Below, piece after piece: positions 11,001 through 23,466 of a DNA stretch of 64,000 nt. Location: the NCBI GenBank assembly GCA_020137815.1, contig CM035362.1, positions 1,798,001 through 1,862,000 on the forward strand. Direction: 5' to 3'. The stretch is from Hormiphora californensis (Eukaryota > Animalia > Ctenophora). The position numbers were made by a program, and so were the translations under genes. The notes beneath the pieces are model-generated. The model searched no databases and was not told the origin of the DNA. It worked only from the letters and a program-made list of their open reading frames with translations. Every line of letters begins with the position of its first letter. The stretch's first letter is position 1.

Positions 11001-14000
11001 AGGGTAGCTGAGAGATGGAGTAAATGGCAGGTAGGGAAGCTTAGGGATGGAGTAAATGGGAGGTAGGGAAGCTGAGAGATGGAGTAAATGGGAGGTAGGG
11101 AAGCTGAGAGATGGAGTAAATAGAAGGTAAGGTAGCTGAGAGATGGAGTAAATGGGAGGTAGGGAAGCTGAGCGATGGAGTAAATGGGAGGTAGGGTAGC
11201 TGAGAGATGGAGTAAATGGGAGGTAGGGAAGCTGAGAGATGGAGTAAATGGGAGGTAGGGTAGCTGAGAGATGGAGTAAATGAGAGGTACGGAAGCTGAG
11301 AAATGGAGTAAATGGGAGGTAGGGTAGCTGAGAGATGGAGTAAATGGGAGGTAGGGAAGCTGAGAGATGGAGTAAATGGGAGGTAGGGAAGGTAAGCGAT
11401 GGAGTAAATGGGAGGTAGGGAAGCTGAGAGATGGAGTAAATGGGAGGTAGGGAAGCTGAGAGATGAAGTAAATGGGAGGTAGGGTAGCTGAGAGATGGAG
11501 TAAATGGGAGGTAGGGAAGCTGAGAGATGGAGTAAATGGGAGGTAGGGAAGCTGAGGGATGGAGTAAATGGGAGGTAGGGAAGCTGAGAGATGGAGTAAA
11601 TGGGAGGTAGGGAAGCTGAGAGATGGAGTAAATGGGAGGTAGGGTAGTTGAGAGATGGAGTGAATGGGAGGTAGGGTAGCTGAGAGATGGAGTAAATGGG
11701 AGGCAAGGATGGAGTAAATGGGAGGTAGGGAAGCTGAGGGATGGAGTAAATGGGAGGTAGGGAAGCTGAGAGATGGAGTAAATGGGAGGTAGGGTAGCTG
11801 AGAGATGGAGTGAATGGGAGGTAGGGTAGCTGAGAGATGGAGTAAATGGGAGGTAGGGAAGCTGAGAGATGGAGTGAATGGGAGGTAGGGAAGCTGAGAG
11901 ATGGAGTAAATGGGAGGTAGGTAAGCTGAGAGATGGAGTAAATGGGAGGTAGGGTATCTGAGAGATGGAGTAAATGGCAGGTAGGGAAGCTGAGATATGG
12001 AGTAAATGGGAGGTAGGTAAGCTGAGAGATGGAGTAAATGGGAGGTAGGGAAGCTGAGAGATGGAGTAAATGGGAGGTAGGGTAGCTGAGAGATGGAGTA
12101 GATGAGGAGTAGGGTAGCGGAGAGATGGACTAGATTAGGGGTAGGGTAGCTGAAAGATGGAGTTGATGAGGGCTAGGGAAGCATAGAGATGGAAACGATT
12201 ATGGATAGGGATTCCCTACCCCTAATCGTTTCCATCTCTATGCTTCCCTAATAGGGAAGCTGAGAGATTGAGTAGATGAGGAGTAGGGTAGCTGAGAGAT
12301 GGACTAGATAAGGGGTAGGGTAGCTGAAAGATGGAGTAGATGAGGGGTAGGGTAGCTGAAAGATGGAGTAGATGAGGGGTAGGGTAGCTGAGAGATCGAG
12401 TTGATGAGGGGTAGGATAGCTGAGAGATGGAGTAGATCAAGATCAAGAAATATTTGATTCGGCACCGACCCTCTCTCTACTCCTCGATGTTTCCCGCCAC
12501 TGTTCTGCAGCTGCTGTGTGAGAGTTGAACGCGAGCGCGTCAATAACATGACACGACATGCAACACGACATGCGAGATGCGAATTTCATTATTTTGAAGT
12601 TTTGTGGGGTTGCGATTTTTGTTTTAGGTCGGAGAGTGAAACGGCCGGTACAGTGGTAAACTAGATTAAAAACTGTACGCCTCATTAGACGGCGATTTTT
12701 CCTATCTTGTCTGGTTCCTGAGATATGGCCCCCTAAAGAGTTGGTGTCTCAAACTGCTGAATCGGGGTCACGCGAGGAAAATGGGCATCAGTTTGCGTGT
12801 ACTGCTCCGTTTTTCACGGGACTTGAACGAGGGTGACGGCAAGAGTCTCACCTATTACATGGTATCCTTACATTGTGTATTAAATCTAAAATGACTGAGC
12901 AGCATGCTTGTTAATGAACCTTGACGTGTTTGCTTGTCTCGCAAGCGCGCTCGCGACTAGCAAACACGACATGCAGTTCACACCCTGGTAACATCTTTTC
13001 CGCAACACCATGTTTGTGTTTTAGAGGGAGGGGAAGGAGAGATAGAGAGCGTGTTTGTGAGAAGGAGAGAGAAGAGAGAGAGATAGAGAGTGAGAGAGAG
13101 AGGGAAGAAGAGAGAGAGAGAAGGGAAAAAAGCTTGCCTTGCTCGCCCCACACTACGAAACAAATGTAAAGGAGGGTTAGAAAATAACAAGGAAACGCTT
13201 CATTCCTTACCTGAGTGCACCATTTCTTTTCCAAATCACACTCGAACCCCTCAGGACAGCACTCTGTATCAGAACAACACTTCAAACCATCTCTCTGAAA
13301 AAACGGGATATCAGTCGATATTATGTTACTATTTGCCGAGAGGGAGATAGAAAGAGAAGGTCGAGCAGGGCAAGTTATTGTGACAAATTTGTCTGATGAG
13401 TAGTTCACCAACATGTTACACTTCCCTTTGACTGCTGGCACCCTCTTTTACTTGCTCTCGCACAGAAAAGAGGAGTCAACACTTTCCTTTCAGTTGAGTG
13501 CCTACACACCAAGAAAACGTCCCCCGCACGGAAATAAAATACGATGTGAGCTATAACACAAGGTAGTAGGGGAGGGATTTGGGGCAACTACCTACTTCTA
13601 TGCCTGATCATTTCTACCTGATTAAAGGTTGACAAGATACCTAAAACTGTTCGTATATCGTCTTATTTTGATTTATCATTAATTTTCAGCATTTTTTCAG
13701 AATTTTTTGTCGGCTAGAAATATGTGCAAAATAGGGGGTCTACTGATAAACGAGAGGCGCAATTTAAAAATTGGTACCGTAATATCTCCGGTTCCTGATG
13801 AGATACAGAAACCGTTCTGGTAGCGTTGGAAAGGTCTTATTGAGACCAATCCAACGCAACCAAGATCAAGTAGCTATCTTTTGAGGAACCGGAAATGTGA
13901 ATTTCAATTTGCGAGACGCAGTGAGTGTGCCCAGTAAAACCAGTGCTGACAATATCGGTAGACCCCCTATTTCGAATTTCTTTCTAGCCGACAAAAAATT

Positions 14001-17000
14001 CTGAAAAAATGCTGAAAATTAATGATAAATCAAAATAAGACGATATACGAAAAGTTTTAGGTATCTTGTCAACCTTTAAAGTAATTATCCTACCTTGCAG
14101 GAACATGATACTGGTTGAAGGGTCGTACATCCCCCACCAGTCTTACACTGTAACCCCTTCTTACAGCAGGTCTTGCCATCAGCACAGCACACACCTGGGA
14201 GAGAGATATCAGGGGGTTGCCATGACGATGTTTCAGAGATAACATGTTCAGATAGGGTTGAGTGACAGTTTACTCAAAGAAAACTAAATTTCAAATGGGT
14301 CACATGGAGGAACATACACAGGTTGCACTAATTAATTAATTAATTAATTACCGTGTATGAATTTGCAGCACCCTGCCAGATCTCCACTAGAATTGTAACA
14401 ACACTTCTCTGTTCCAGGGCAGTACTTTCCACCCTTACACATCATTTGAGGACCAGGGTCTATAATAGAGAGATGGGGGGTTAGGGGTCTAGAGGACCGG
14501 AGAGATGGGGTAGTTAGAACCGGGTTCTAGAGGGAGAGTTAGGAGTTAGGATACTCTGGGCCCTATAATCTATCTAGAGAGCGTAAAAATAGTTTCCAGA
14601 TCGGGCTAAGTAAGAGCTGTAAGTGAAGGAAATCGAGTCTAAATCTGAGAGCAGCAATTTAGAAAGTATTGTACAGTGTAGATTTAGAAGGAAAATAGAA
14701 TATATAACCCACCTGACTCATTCTCACTCTGTACATCCCTGGCAGGTACTAGACTTTTCATTTTCCCATTATTACCAGGTACTAGACTCTTCATTCCTCC
14801 TTTGTTATCGGGTACTAGACTTTTCATTTCTCCATTATTATCGGGTGCTAGGTCCTTCATTCCTCCTTTGTTATCGGGTGTCAAGGGTGTTAGGAGGGTA
14901 GCTACCAGAGCCAAGCTGTCTAACTGACACGTACCACTCTTGATGTGACATGTGTAACCTGGGAGAGTGGAGAGAGAGAGAGAGAGAGAGAGAGACTAGA
15001 TATGAAGAGTAGATATATACGAAGGATGAGTAGACGGGTCGGGATATAGATATAGAGTCTTTGCTTGCTCATCACATATCTCTGCTCTCTCTGCCCTCTC
15101 GCTTCTCTCTCTGCTCTCTCTCTCTCACTCTCTCTCGCGCCCATCCGCTCTGTCTCTCGCTCTCTATCTCGTGTCTCTCTCTCTACTCTCGTCGTCTCTC
15201 CTCTCTCTCGCTCTTCTCTCTCGTGCCTATCTCTTTTCTCAATCTACTCTCTCTCTACCTCCCTACTCCTCTCTTTTTCTAACCTTCTTGGAGTCGATTG
15301 GAGAACCTCACTACTTACACTACCAAATGCCAAATGCCAATATAGACCAGTCATATGATGTCGGTTTTGGACCGAAAAAAAACATAATTGATCTAAATGT
15401 GATTCCACTTCTAGGGCACTCCAATAGGTCCCTAGAACCACCAAAAAAATTTGTCACTCTTCATCAAATGAATAAATGTGGTTTTTGGGCCACGCCCTTA
15501 TACCTGTATTTTCAGTCATGTGGTCAAAACTGAAAACCATCTTAGGGAACGAGTAGAGAAGAAATCAAGGGCACTAAAGTGTGTAGCGTCCTCGCATTAG
15601 TGGGGATAGGTGCCGGAATTAAGTCTCTATCTCATCTGGTTAATTAGATAATTGGATAATTAGGTATGCGCATAACCGTTTTTTGGCTATATGGTCAATG
15701 TTATTTTTGTCTGGTTCGTTTTTGACTTCGAAAAATGGACACTTTTACATTTAGTCATTTTTGGACAACTAAATAATGCCAAATTAACGAAATATTCCGA
15801 ATTTATTAATAAAAATGTATAATAATCGCTTTTACAACTCTAAAATTTGAATAACTCATTTCGTGAGGTGCCGGTGACATAGTTTGCAAAAGCATGTGCT
15901 GTTCCATCAATTTTTAATAATTTTTCCTAAAATTTTCGAAAATATGCTGAAAATGTCCAATATATACACCTATTAAAATATGTAAGCAAACTTACTCAAC
16001 CTATGAGGTGCAAACGGTGTTTAAAGTTACACTGTATACTTACATCTACTTTTAAGCCTGTAGCACCTCACGTTTCACGACTTTTCCTAGCTAGATACTT
16101 GCAGTAGACTCAAAAACATTATTTGTACCAAAAAAGTTCCAAAAATTTTGCTCAATGAGTGAGGTGCACCCAAAAAACGGTATTTTCTTCAAACGCTAAT
16201 TGCACCTCACTCAGTGAGTATATAGTTCTAAAAGTGGCCTTAATTTACTCATATGACATCCCCAAACACTACCTAATCGACTCCAATGTCATTACTCAAC
16301 CTGTGAGGTGCCCTGGAGAAGTAGGTAAAATATGTCATTTTTCAAAGGTCTGCACCTCACTCGCTGAGTAATTTTTAGATTAAATTTTAGATAAATCAGG
16401 GGGGAAATTGTCCAATCTTGCTATATAACAAGTTTCAAATCATTATTCACTCATTTGACCCCTGAAGAGTAAACTTTTAGCTCTAAAAACGGCTTGCACC
16501 TCACTAAATGAGTAAAATTGTCTTAGCTTTTCACCTCATTTGATGAGTTAGAAATCAATCTAGCTTTTCCGGAAATTTCGAGATTTTTGCTCAAACGGTA
16601 TTCCTGTAAATCAAGAGCACCTCACGTGGGCACCTCACGGGATATTTCAGTGTCTAGCACCTCACTGGATTGAGCTAGAGACATCGCGTTTTCACAATAA
16701 TGAAGTTATGACAATTTTTCAATTTTTTGAGGTGCTGAGTAAAACCTTTGGGGTTGTAGCCTATTTACTATAGCTCGATGGAAAATTTTGGTCGGCGAGC
16801 CAGACAAAAATAACATTGACCATATGGCTATAGCCACTTATAAATGGTTTAGAGACTTTTCACTGGTGCCATTTTGTAGGCAATGGCCAAGTTATGGGGG
16901 GTCGACGTCGGACTTTTAAGCTCTATCTTCAACCGTTTAGCCGTTATTTGGCTTTTAAGATGCTGAAAATGAGCAAAAAACGGGAAAAATCCCGATTTTT

Positions 17001-20000
17001 ACTCATTTTCAGCACCTTTGAATCGAAATAACGGCTAAACGGTTGGAGATAGAGCTTAAAAGTCCGACGTCGACCCCCCATAACTTGGCCATTGCCTACA
17101 AAATGGCACCAGTGAAAAGTCTCTAAACCATTTATAAGTGGCTATAGCCATATAGCCAAAAAACGGTTATGCACATACCTAATTATCCAATTATCTAATT
17201 AACCAGATGAGATAGAGACTTAATTCCGGCACCTATCCCCACTAATGCGAGGACGCTACACACTTTAGTACCCTTGATTTCTTCTCTACTCGTTTCCTAA
17301 GATGGTTTTCAGTTTTGACCACATGACTGAAAATACAGGTATAAGGGCGTGGACCAAAAACCACATTTATTCATTTGATGAAGAGTGACAAATTTTTTTG
17401 GTGGTTCTAGGGACCTATTGGAGTGCCCTAGAAGTGGAATCACATTTAGATCAATTATGTTCCCTATCATGCATCATATGACTGGTCTAATAGTGCAAGT
17501 GGTTGGTGTAGGCTGTAAAACGCTGGATAATGAGTGTTTCTATGGAAACAGTTCAAAGAACCCCTCCTGCCCATTCTCCAGTCCCCTTACATTACCCTTA
17601 TTACCCTTATATTACCCCTTATATTACTTTGTGTGGTACATTTTATACCCTCACAAAGCGAGTCCGCTCTACGAGGATGCGGTAGATGAACCCTTTGGTA
17701 TCGAAGACACCTCACACTCTGTTTAGGTCGCCGGGCGACCTTCGCGCGCGCTGGCAAGGGGTAACTTCGTAACCAAATGAACCCTTACCTTGTGGACAAC
17801 AGTGTTTAAAATCAGGGCAGCACACGGCGTTGTCATGGTAACAGCACCCATAACCACCCTTATAGAGCTGGCAGCAGGTAGGTGGCAGTTGGGCAGGCAC
17901 TGCCATCAGGACATTTTACCATTCCCTTCATTGTATCAACTTGTTCCTTGCTCGGTCCCTGCATTTTATCAACTTGGTCTTCACTTGCTCCCTGCATTTT
18001 ATTGACCTGATCCTCGCTGACTGAAATTGGGGAGAAACGGAATAAGTAACGGAATCAAGGGGGGTTGAAGTAAGAGGTTACCTCTCTCACCCGTTGAGAA
18101 ATGGAATGTGAAGAAGAAAATAAGGCGTTTTACAAGATTATAAAAGTAATATATTCCTCAACATCACATGCGATCAGGAAGGGCTTAGGACCAACCTCCC
18201 CCCCCCCCCCCAACCTAATGTCATTTCACTCTCTCTCTCTCTCTAACCTGCAAATGCCCTATCACAAGTGCCCTGTTCCGTGTTACAAGTGTAACCGTGA
18301 GGACAGCAGTGTTCTCCATCGTTGCAACACTGAGCTGAGGGATAAGGACAGCAGCCGTATTGTCCATCATACAGTTTACAGCACGTCTCCCCGTCCTCAC
18401 ACACACTCCCATCTTCACATGTCACATCATTATCCACAGAGAGAGGGGAGATATCTGGGGGGGGGGGAGAGGGTTGGGAGTTGGAGAGAGATCTAGGGGA
18501 GATATCTGGGGAGAAGGAGAGAGTTGGGAGAGAGATCTAGGGTCGGGAGAGTTGTTCACCTCTCTCTCTCTAACCTGCAAATGCCCTATCACAAGTGCCC
18601 TGTTCCGTGTTACAAATGTAACCGTGAGGGCAGCAGTGTTCTCCATCGTTGCAACACTGAGCTGAGGGATAAGGACAGCAGCCGTATTGTCCATCATACA
18701 GTTTACAGCACGTCTCCCCGTCCTCACACACACTCCCATCTTCACATGTCACATCATTATTCACGGAGAGAGGGGAGATATCTGGGGAGGGAGAAGAGTT
18801 GGGAGTTGGAGAGAGATCTAGGGGAGATATCTGGGGAGGGAGAGAGGGTTGGGAGAGAGATCTAGGGGGAAGAGAGTTGGAGGGGTGGTTGAGAGTTGTT
18901 CACCTCTCTCTCTCTCTCTAACCTGCAAATGCCCTATCACAAGTGCCCTGTTCGGTGTTACAAGTGTACCCGTGGGGGCAGCAGTGTTCTCCATCGTTGC
19001 AGCACTGAGCTGAGGGATAAGGACAGCAGCCGTATTGTCCATCAGATAGTTTACAGCACGTCTCCCCGTCCTCACACACACTACCATCTTCACATGTCAC
19101 ATCATTATCCACAGAGAGAGAGGAGATATCTGGGGAGGGAAAAGAGGGTTGGGAGAGAGATCTAGGGGGAAGAGATCTAGGGTGGTTGAGAGTTGTTCAC
19201 CCCTCTCCCTCTCTCTAACCTGCAAATGCCCTATCACAAGTGCCCTGTTCGGTGTTACAAGTGTAACCGTGAGGGCAGCAGTGTTCTCCATCGTTGCAAC
19301 ACTGAGCTGAGGGATAAGGACAGCAGCCGTATTGCCCATCAGACAGTTTACAACACGTCTCCCCGTCCTCACACACACTCCCATCTTCACATGTCACATC
19401 ATTATCCACAGAGAGAGGGGAGATATCTGGGGGGGAGAGGGTTGGGAGAGAGATCTAGGGGGAAGAGAGTTGGGGGGTTGAGAGTTGTTCACCTCTCCCT
19501 CTCTCTCTAACCTGCAAATGCCCTATCACAAGTGCCCTGTTCGGTGTTACAAGTGTAACCGTGAGGGCAGCAGTGTTCTCCATCGTTGCAACACTGGGCT
19601 GAGGGATAAGGACAGCAGCCGTATTGCCCATCAGACAGTTTACAGCACGTCTCCCCGTCCTCACACACACTCCCATCTTCACATGTCACATCATCTGGTG
19701 GGGTGATTAGGTAATTAGACAATTAGATAATTGGATAATTAGATAATTCGATAATTAATTAGACAGAAAGGAGAGAGAGGTAATAGGTATAACTTCTTAG
19801 TCTATGAGGAAAATGCAAGAGAAACAAACATTTCACCCACTTTCCATTACAGCCTCCCCCTTCTTCATTAGTGGTATTCCAGCCCAAGGTAGACTTGCCA
19901 CAGATCCCGGAGAATCACATGTCCCTGCTGCCATGTTACAGGTTCTGTTCTCTGGACAACAGTGTTCCTTATCCGAGCAACAAACCGCCGAACTGAAGGT

Positions 20001-22879
20001 AGGGGTGGTTTTAAAAAGAAGGGTTCTCAAATGTGGGAGGGGGTTTGGAAGGAGAGCAACAAACCGCCGAACTGAAGGCAAGGAGGTTAAGAGATTTGGT
20101 TCCAAAGTAGAGATGTTAGAGCATTGCAGTTAATTAATTGGATAGTATCTGGCTAAATAATTATCTGGCTAATTATCTGAAAATTATCTGGAAATTCATC
20201 ACTCTAGTAATTACCTGAAGGGACAGCATCCATAACTTCCACTTTGGATCTGACAGCAAGTTGTCCCTGTTGGACACAAACTCTGGTCAGGACACACCAC
20301 ATCATGTATCGGGACATCATCATCCTTCCGTTGTATTGGGACAAGTCTATCATTTCGTTGTATGGGAGAAAGTGGTAGTCCAGCTTTCTCTAGATTTCGT
20401 TGTATTGGGACAAGTGGTAGTTCACTATTCTTCATTCCTCCTTCTCTGACATCCGTTAGTGGTACTTCACCACCCCTCTCTTCCTCTTTATTACCACCAA
20501 CAAGACCCATGGCGACCATCTCCCCGCTAGCAGGCTGCACACACAGATGTGTCTTCTTATCGCACCAATGCCCTGTCGGACAACAATGCTCCCTATCAGA
20601 ACAACACACCGCTTTAGCAAAGGGACAGCACCCGTAACCACCATCTGGGAGTCTACAACACGTCTCCCAGTCCCGACACTCCATCTCTTCATCACATATT
20701 ATAGTGGTCACATTACTGCCAATAACTTGACTAGTGTTAATAACTTTGCGGGGAGATGCTGGTCGCTTCTTTCCCATAGGGATCCTATCCACCATTAGAG
20801 ACATGGTCTTAGCCGGTGGTTCGGGAGGAAGACACACGTTGGTTTCAGGTTGGACATGTGTAGTTAGTTGGACAACTGTGCACCCCATCATCACAACATG
20901 TTGCATTAGGAAAGGGAGAACACGTGACGGATTGGTCCTGCTGCATGCAACAGGTCTGCCCCTTGTCACAGGGATTCTGGACACCATGCGGACACTTCCC
21001 CCTAGTGCCTGATACAGGATCCGCTACTGATTTAGGTACTACAGGATCATCCCTGACTACTGGACCGGGAGCTGCTGATCTCAGACTCCGCTCTAGACAC
21101 AATCTGGGTGATGTAGCGGTGATATTGGTGTTGCAAGTCTGGTGGGAGGGGCAGCACCATGCCCCACAACATACACCCCGAGTCGTAGGGACAACACAAG
21201 GTGGGTAAGTGTCACGCCTGATCATGGGGAGAGACAGTTAGACATTACATAGCAGTGGAACTTATTATATAGCAGTGAAATTGGCTAGGAAGCAGTGGAA
21301 CTTGTACACAGCATATAATACTTATATCCAGGGAACAATACCGATATTTCATCAACAAATTTTCAACTAATTACAATTAATAATTAATTACCAACTAACT
21401 AGTTCAACTAATTTACCTGATTTGTTCTTTACTGGGCAGCACTTCTTCCCACTACAAAGTGAGTTATCAGCACAGAAAGTGTGGGTATCAGGGGAGGGGA
21501 GGGCGGCTACAATGGCATCTGCCACTGCTAGATTTCTTCTCTGGAAGTCTGATAGAGCTGCTTCATCGGCCTTCTGAGGGTGAGGTAATCTCCATTAAAA
21601 GTAAAGACTAACATAGATATTTCACACTTTTGAGAGTTTATGATTATTTTGGGATAACTTTTAGCAACTCGATTGTCGAAACCCCTTACTTGAGGCACAC
21701 CCACCGGTGGGTGCGCTAGTGTTACAAATAATCGAGGGGTTTCTAGGAACATATTATTGTCTTCAAATGAATATATTTTACTTGTCTTGTTCGAACCTCT
21801 CTCTCTCTCGCTTTCCACGCCCCCAAATGCAAAGGAGGGTTAGAACATAACAAATATTTTACCTCGAACTGCTGTTCATCTTGCTGCTTTGGCGTGTTTG
21901 TCACCATCGAAAGGAAGGGGTGAGCTAATACTCCCTTATCACTGTGTCCACGGCACTGAAATTTTATACACTTTTATCACCAGGTCTGCAGCAGCTGTGT
22001 GAGTTTGGTAAAAAGGGGCTTATTTTTCCAATTCCACCTAGCAAATTTCTGAAGAAATGCTGACAAAGCTGTTTTGCATCATCATTTCATCTCTAAAGTC
22101 TAAACAGAAGAACCTTCATGCTCATCTAACTGTTAAAATGAGAAATCCGGTACTAAGTACAACAAATTACGGTTTTGCCTTGCTCGACCTTGTTTCACAA
22201 AACAAGGTTACTTAAAGTTACAGGAACCGACCGACACAAGAAAACAACCAATCAGAACTCGTTATTTAGGTCACGTGACTGGTTATCAGCCAATCACGGA
22301 CCAGTATTTCCTGATTCGGTCGGTTGCTTTAATTAACTTACCCCGTGTTCGCTACACTCGGTATGTTTCGGACAGCAGAACGCAGAATGCTCGCTGCAGC
22401 ATTTACCATCGTTATATGGGCAGCACATGTAACCGGTGTGACCCCACTGCCAGGGAGAAGGGGGTTAGATGGGTACACAAGGGGGGGATGAAGGGAGGGG
22501 AGGTATTAGATGGGTACAGAAGGAGGGGCGATGAAGGGAGGGGATGGGTTATATGGGTAGGAGGGGGATAAAGAGAGAGGAGGATAAGTATTGGGGGAGG
22601 GGATCACAGAACCAAAATACTTACTTTACTTTTACAACAGGAGGACGAGTCGTGACACCACACGCTCATTCCCGGGCACCAGCCCCCATCTGAATATCTG
22701 ATGAAAACCTGAAAAAAAGAAGGACAATTAATTTATAATTGATTTACCAAAACCTGCCAGAGCGGAGAAAACACTTATTGTTATTAGATAACACACAATT
22801 TGTTACTTGATTTAACTTGTTTAAATGCTTAAATTAGAGTACTTACAGTTAAAAAAGCGAAAAAGTAAAAAAGTTTCAT
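8085..22879 (-). CDS. GRN: Progranulin-like protein with about 13 granulin modules over roughly 17 exons
   Basis: Signal-peptide start MKLFTFFAFLT (22879-22847). Repeated granulin motifs C..C..CC..GCCP..A.CC.D..HCCP.G..C occur in exons near 22700-22340, 21570-20216, 19990-19840, five tandem exons in 19694-18248, 18020-17789, 14957-14713, 14460-14094 and 13295-13211. A Cys-rich exon at 8273-8085 is in phase with the 13211 donor. Several single-base frameshifts fall in homopolymers. The true 3' end may extend to an exon near 7935-7800. Confidence 0.9.
8689..12987. mobile_element. 4.3-kb foldback element: about 2.1-kb inverted arms with 32-bp satellite, CAGGG termini, 5-bp TSD
   Basis: Starts CAGGGTGTGAACTGCATG and ends CATGCAGTTCACACCCTG, with GTAAC on both sides. 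The arms mirror each other almost base for base, including satellite variants. It lies in a progranulin intron. Confidence 0.9.
9238..12436. repeat. 32-bp minisatellite (CTCCATCTCTCAGCTWCCCTACCTCCCATTTA), inverting near 10890-10915
   Basis: The 32-nt period can be read directly (e.g. units at 9609 and 9641) and explains the 32-aa repeating pseudo-ORFs. Confidence 0.95.
13626..14075. mobile_element. MITE with TTAA TSD and AGG termini (Kolobok-like)
   Basis: TTAA|AGGTTGACAAGATACC...GGTATCTTGTCAACCT|TTAA with a TIR of about 100 bp. Purine-purine termini with a TTAA TSD fit Kolobok rather than piggyBac. Confidence 0.85.
15345..17487. mobile_element. 2.1-kb non-autonomous TIR element in a progranulin intron
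   Basis: TA|GACCAGTCATATGATG...CATCATATGACTGGTC|TA with TIRs of about 350 bp. The interior has many CACCTCA/TGAGGTG motifs and an internal palindrome at 16826-17150. No ORF. Confidence 0.85.
18243..19700 (-). repeat. Five tandem intron-plus-exon units, each encoding one granulin module
   Basis: Five near-identical exons encode DVTCEDGSVCEDGETCCKL(Y/S)DGQYGCCPYPSAQCCNDGEHCCPHGYTCNTEQGTCDRAFA, with similar short pyrimidine-rich introns. Confidence 0.95.
22221..22328. mobile_element. Short MITE-like repeat (CAGGAACCGACCGA...TCGGTCGGTT)
   Basis: Terminal inverted repeat, internal CCAATC twice and the GTCACGTGAC palindrome. It resembles a repeat I recall as abundant in Pleurobrachia sequences; not verified here. 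Confidence 0.6.
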
Positions 22880-23466
22880 CCTAAATGATAAAAGTCACCC
22901 ACTCATCCTAAAAAATAAGATAAACATTCAAAATTTGAGACTGCCAAACACTTATGTCTAACAGGCAATAAAAATCGATATGTTATGACAAAACACTATG
23001 GCCACGTATGAGCCATAATATAAATTCTGAAGGTGGTGGTGGTGCACAGTGCACACTGCACCTGAGGAGCCCTACTTCGTGGCCTACTGCTCTTGGGTTC
23101 TCGGGCCCGGTTCTCGTCAAAAAAGCGTGAAAAATTGGAAATTTCCGCTGTGTTCATCATGAGAGGCGAAAAGATTCCTCCTTCATATTATTCCAGAACT
23201 CTTCTCTATGCCTGGCAGGCATTGCCTACTTCTTCGCAACCTCGTTGGGTTTCAGGTTTTCGATTTTCGAGATTTTTTTTAAAATAAATCCTTTAAGTTT
23301 TAACTGAGAAGCAAAAAAGTCAATAACTTACAATAAATTACCCACACACCCTCATATACTCATTCTCCCTCTCTCTGCTCACGTATCTCGAAAGTCAACA
23401 TCTTCCACTCTGACTTAAAAATCTAAATTGGCATACGTTGCAGGCCCCTTATGAGCATGAGGATTG

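Noticed and set aside
9969-11706. 292-aa and 221-aa ORFs with 32-aa periodicity
   Set aside because: Translations of a stop-free 32-bp satellite mirrored in the foldback arms; no ATG start or splice context.
9238-12436. CRISPR-like array
   Set aside because: The repeats are contiguous with no unique spacers, there are no cas genes, and the context is eukaryotic.
18425-19425. Non-canonical acceptors for the tandem granulin exons
   Set aside because: An in-frame CCCAG acceptor lies about 25 nt upstream, adding DISPLSVDN.
17860-21220. Progranulin pseudogenisation or programmed frameshifting
   Set aside because: The frameshifts are single extra bases in short homopolymers (near 21178, 20852, 17882) and the Cys pattern is preserved, so sequencing error is the simplest explanation.
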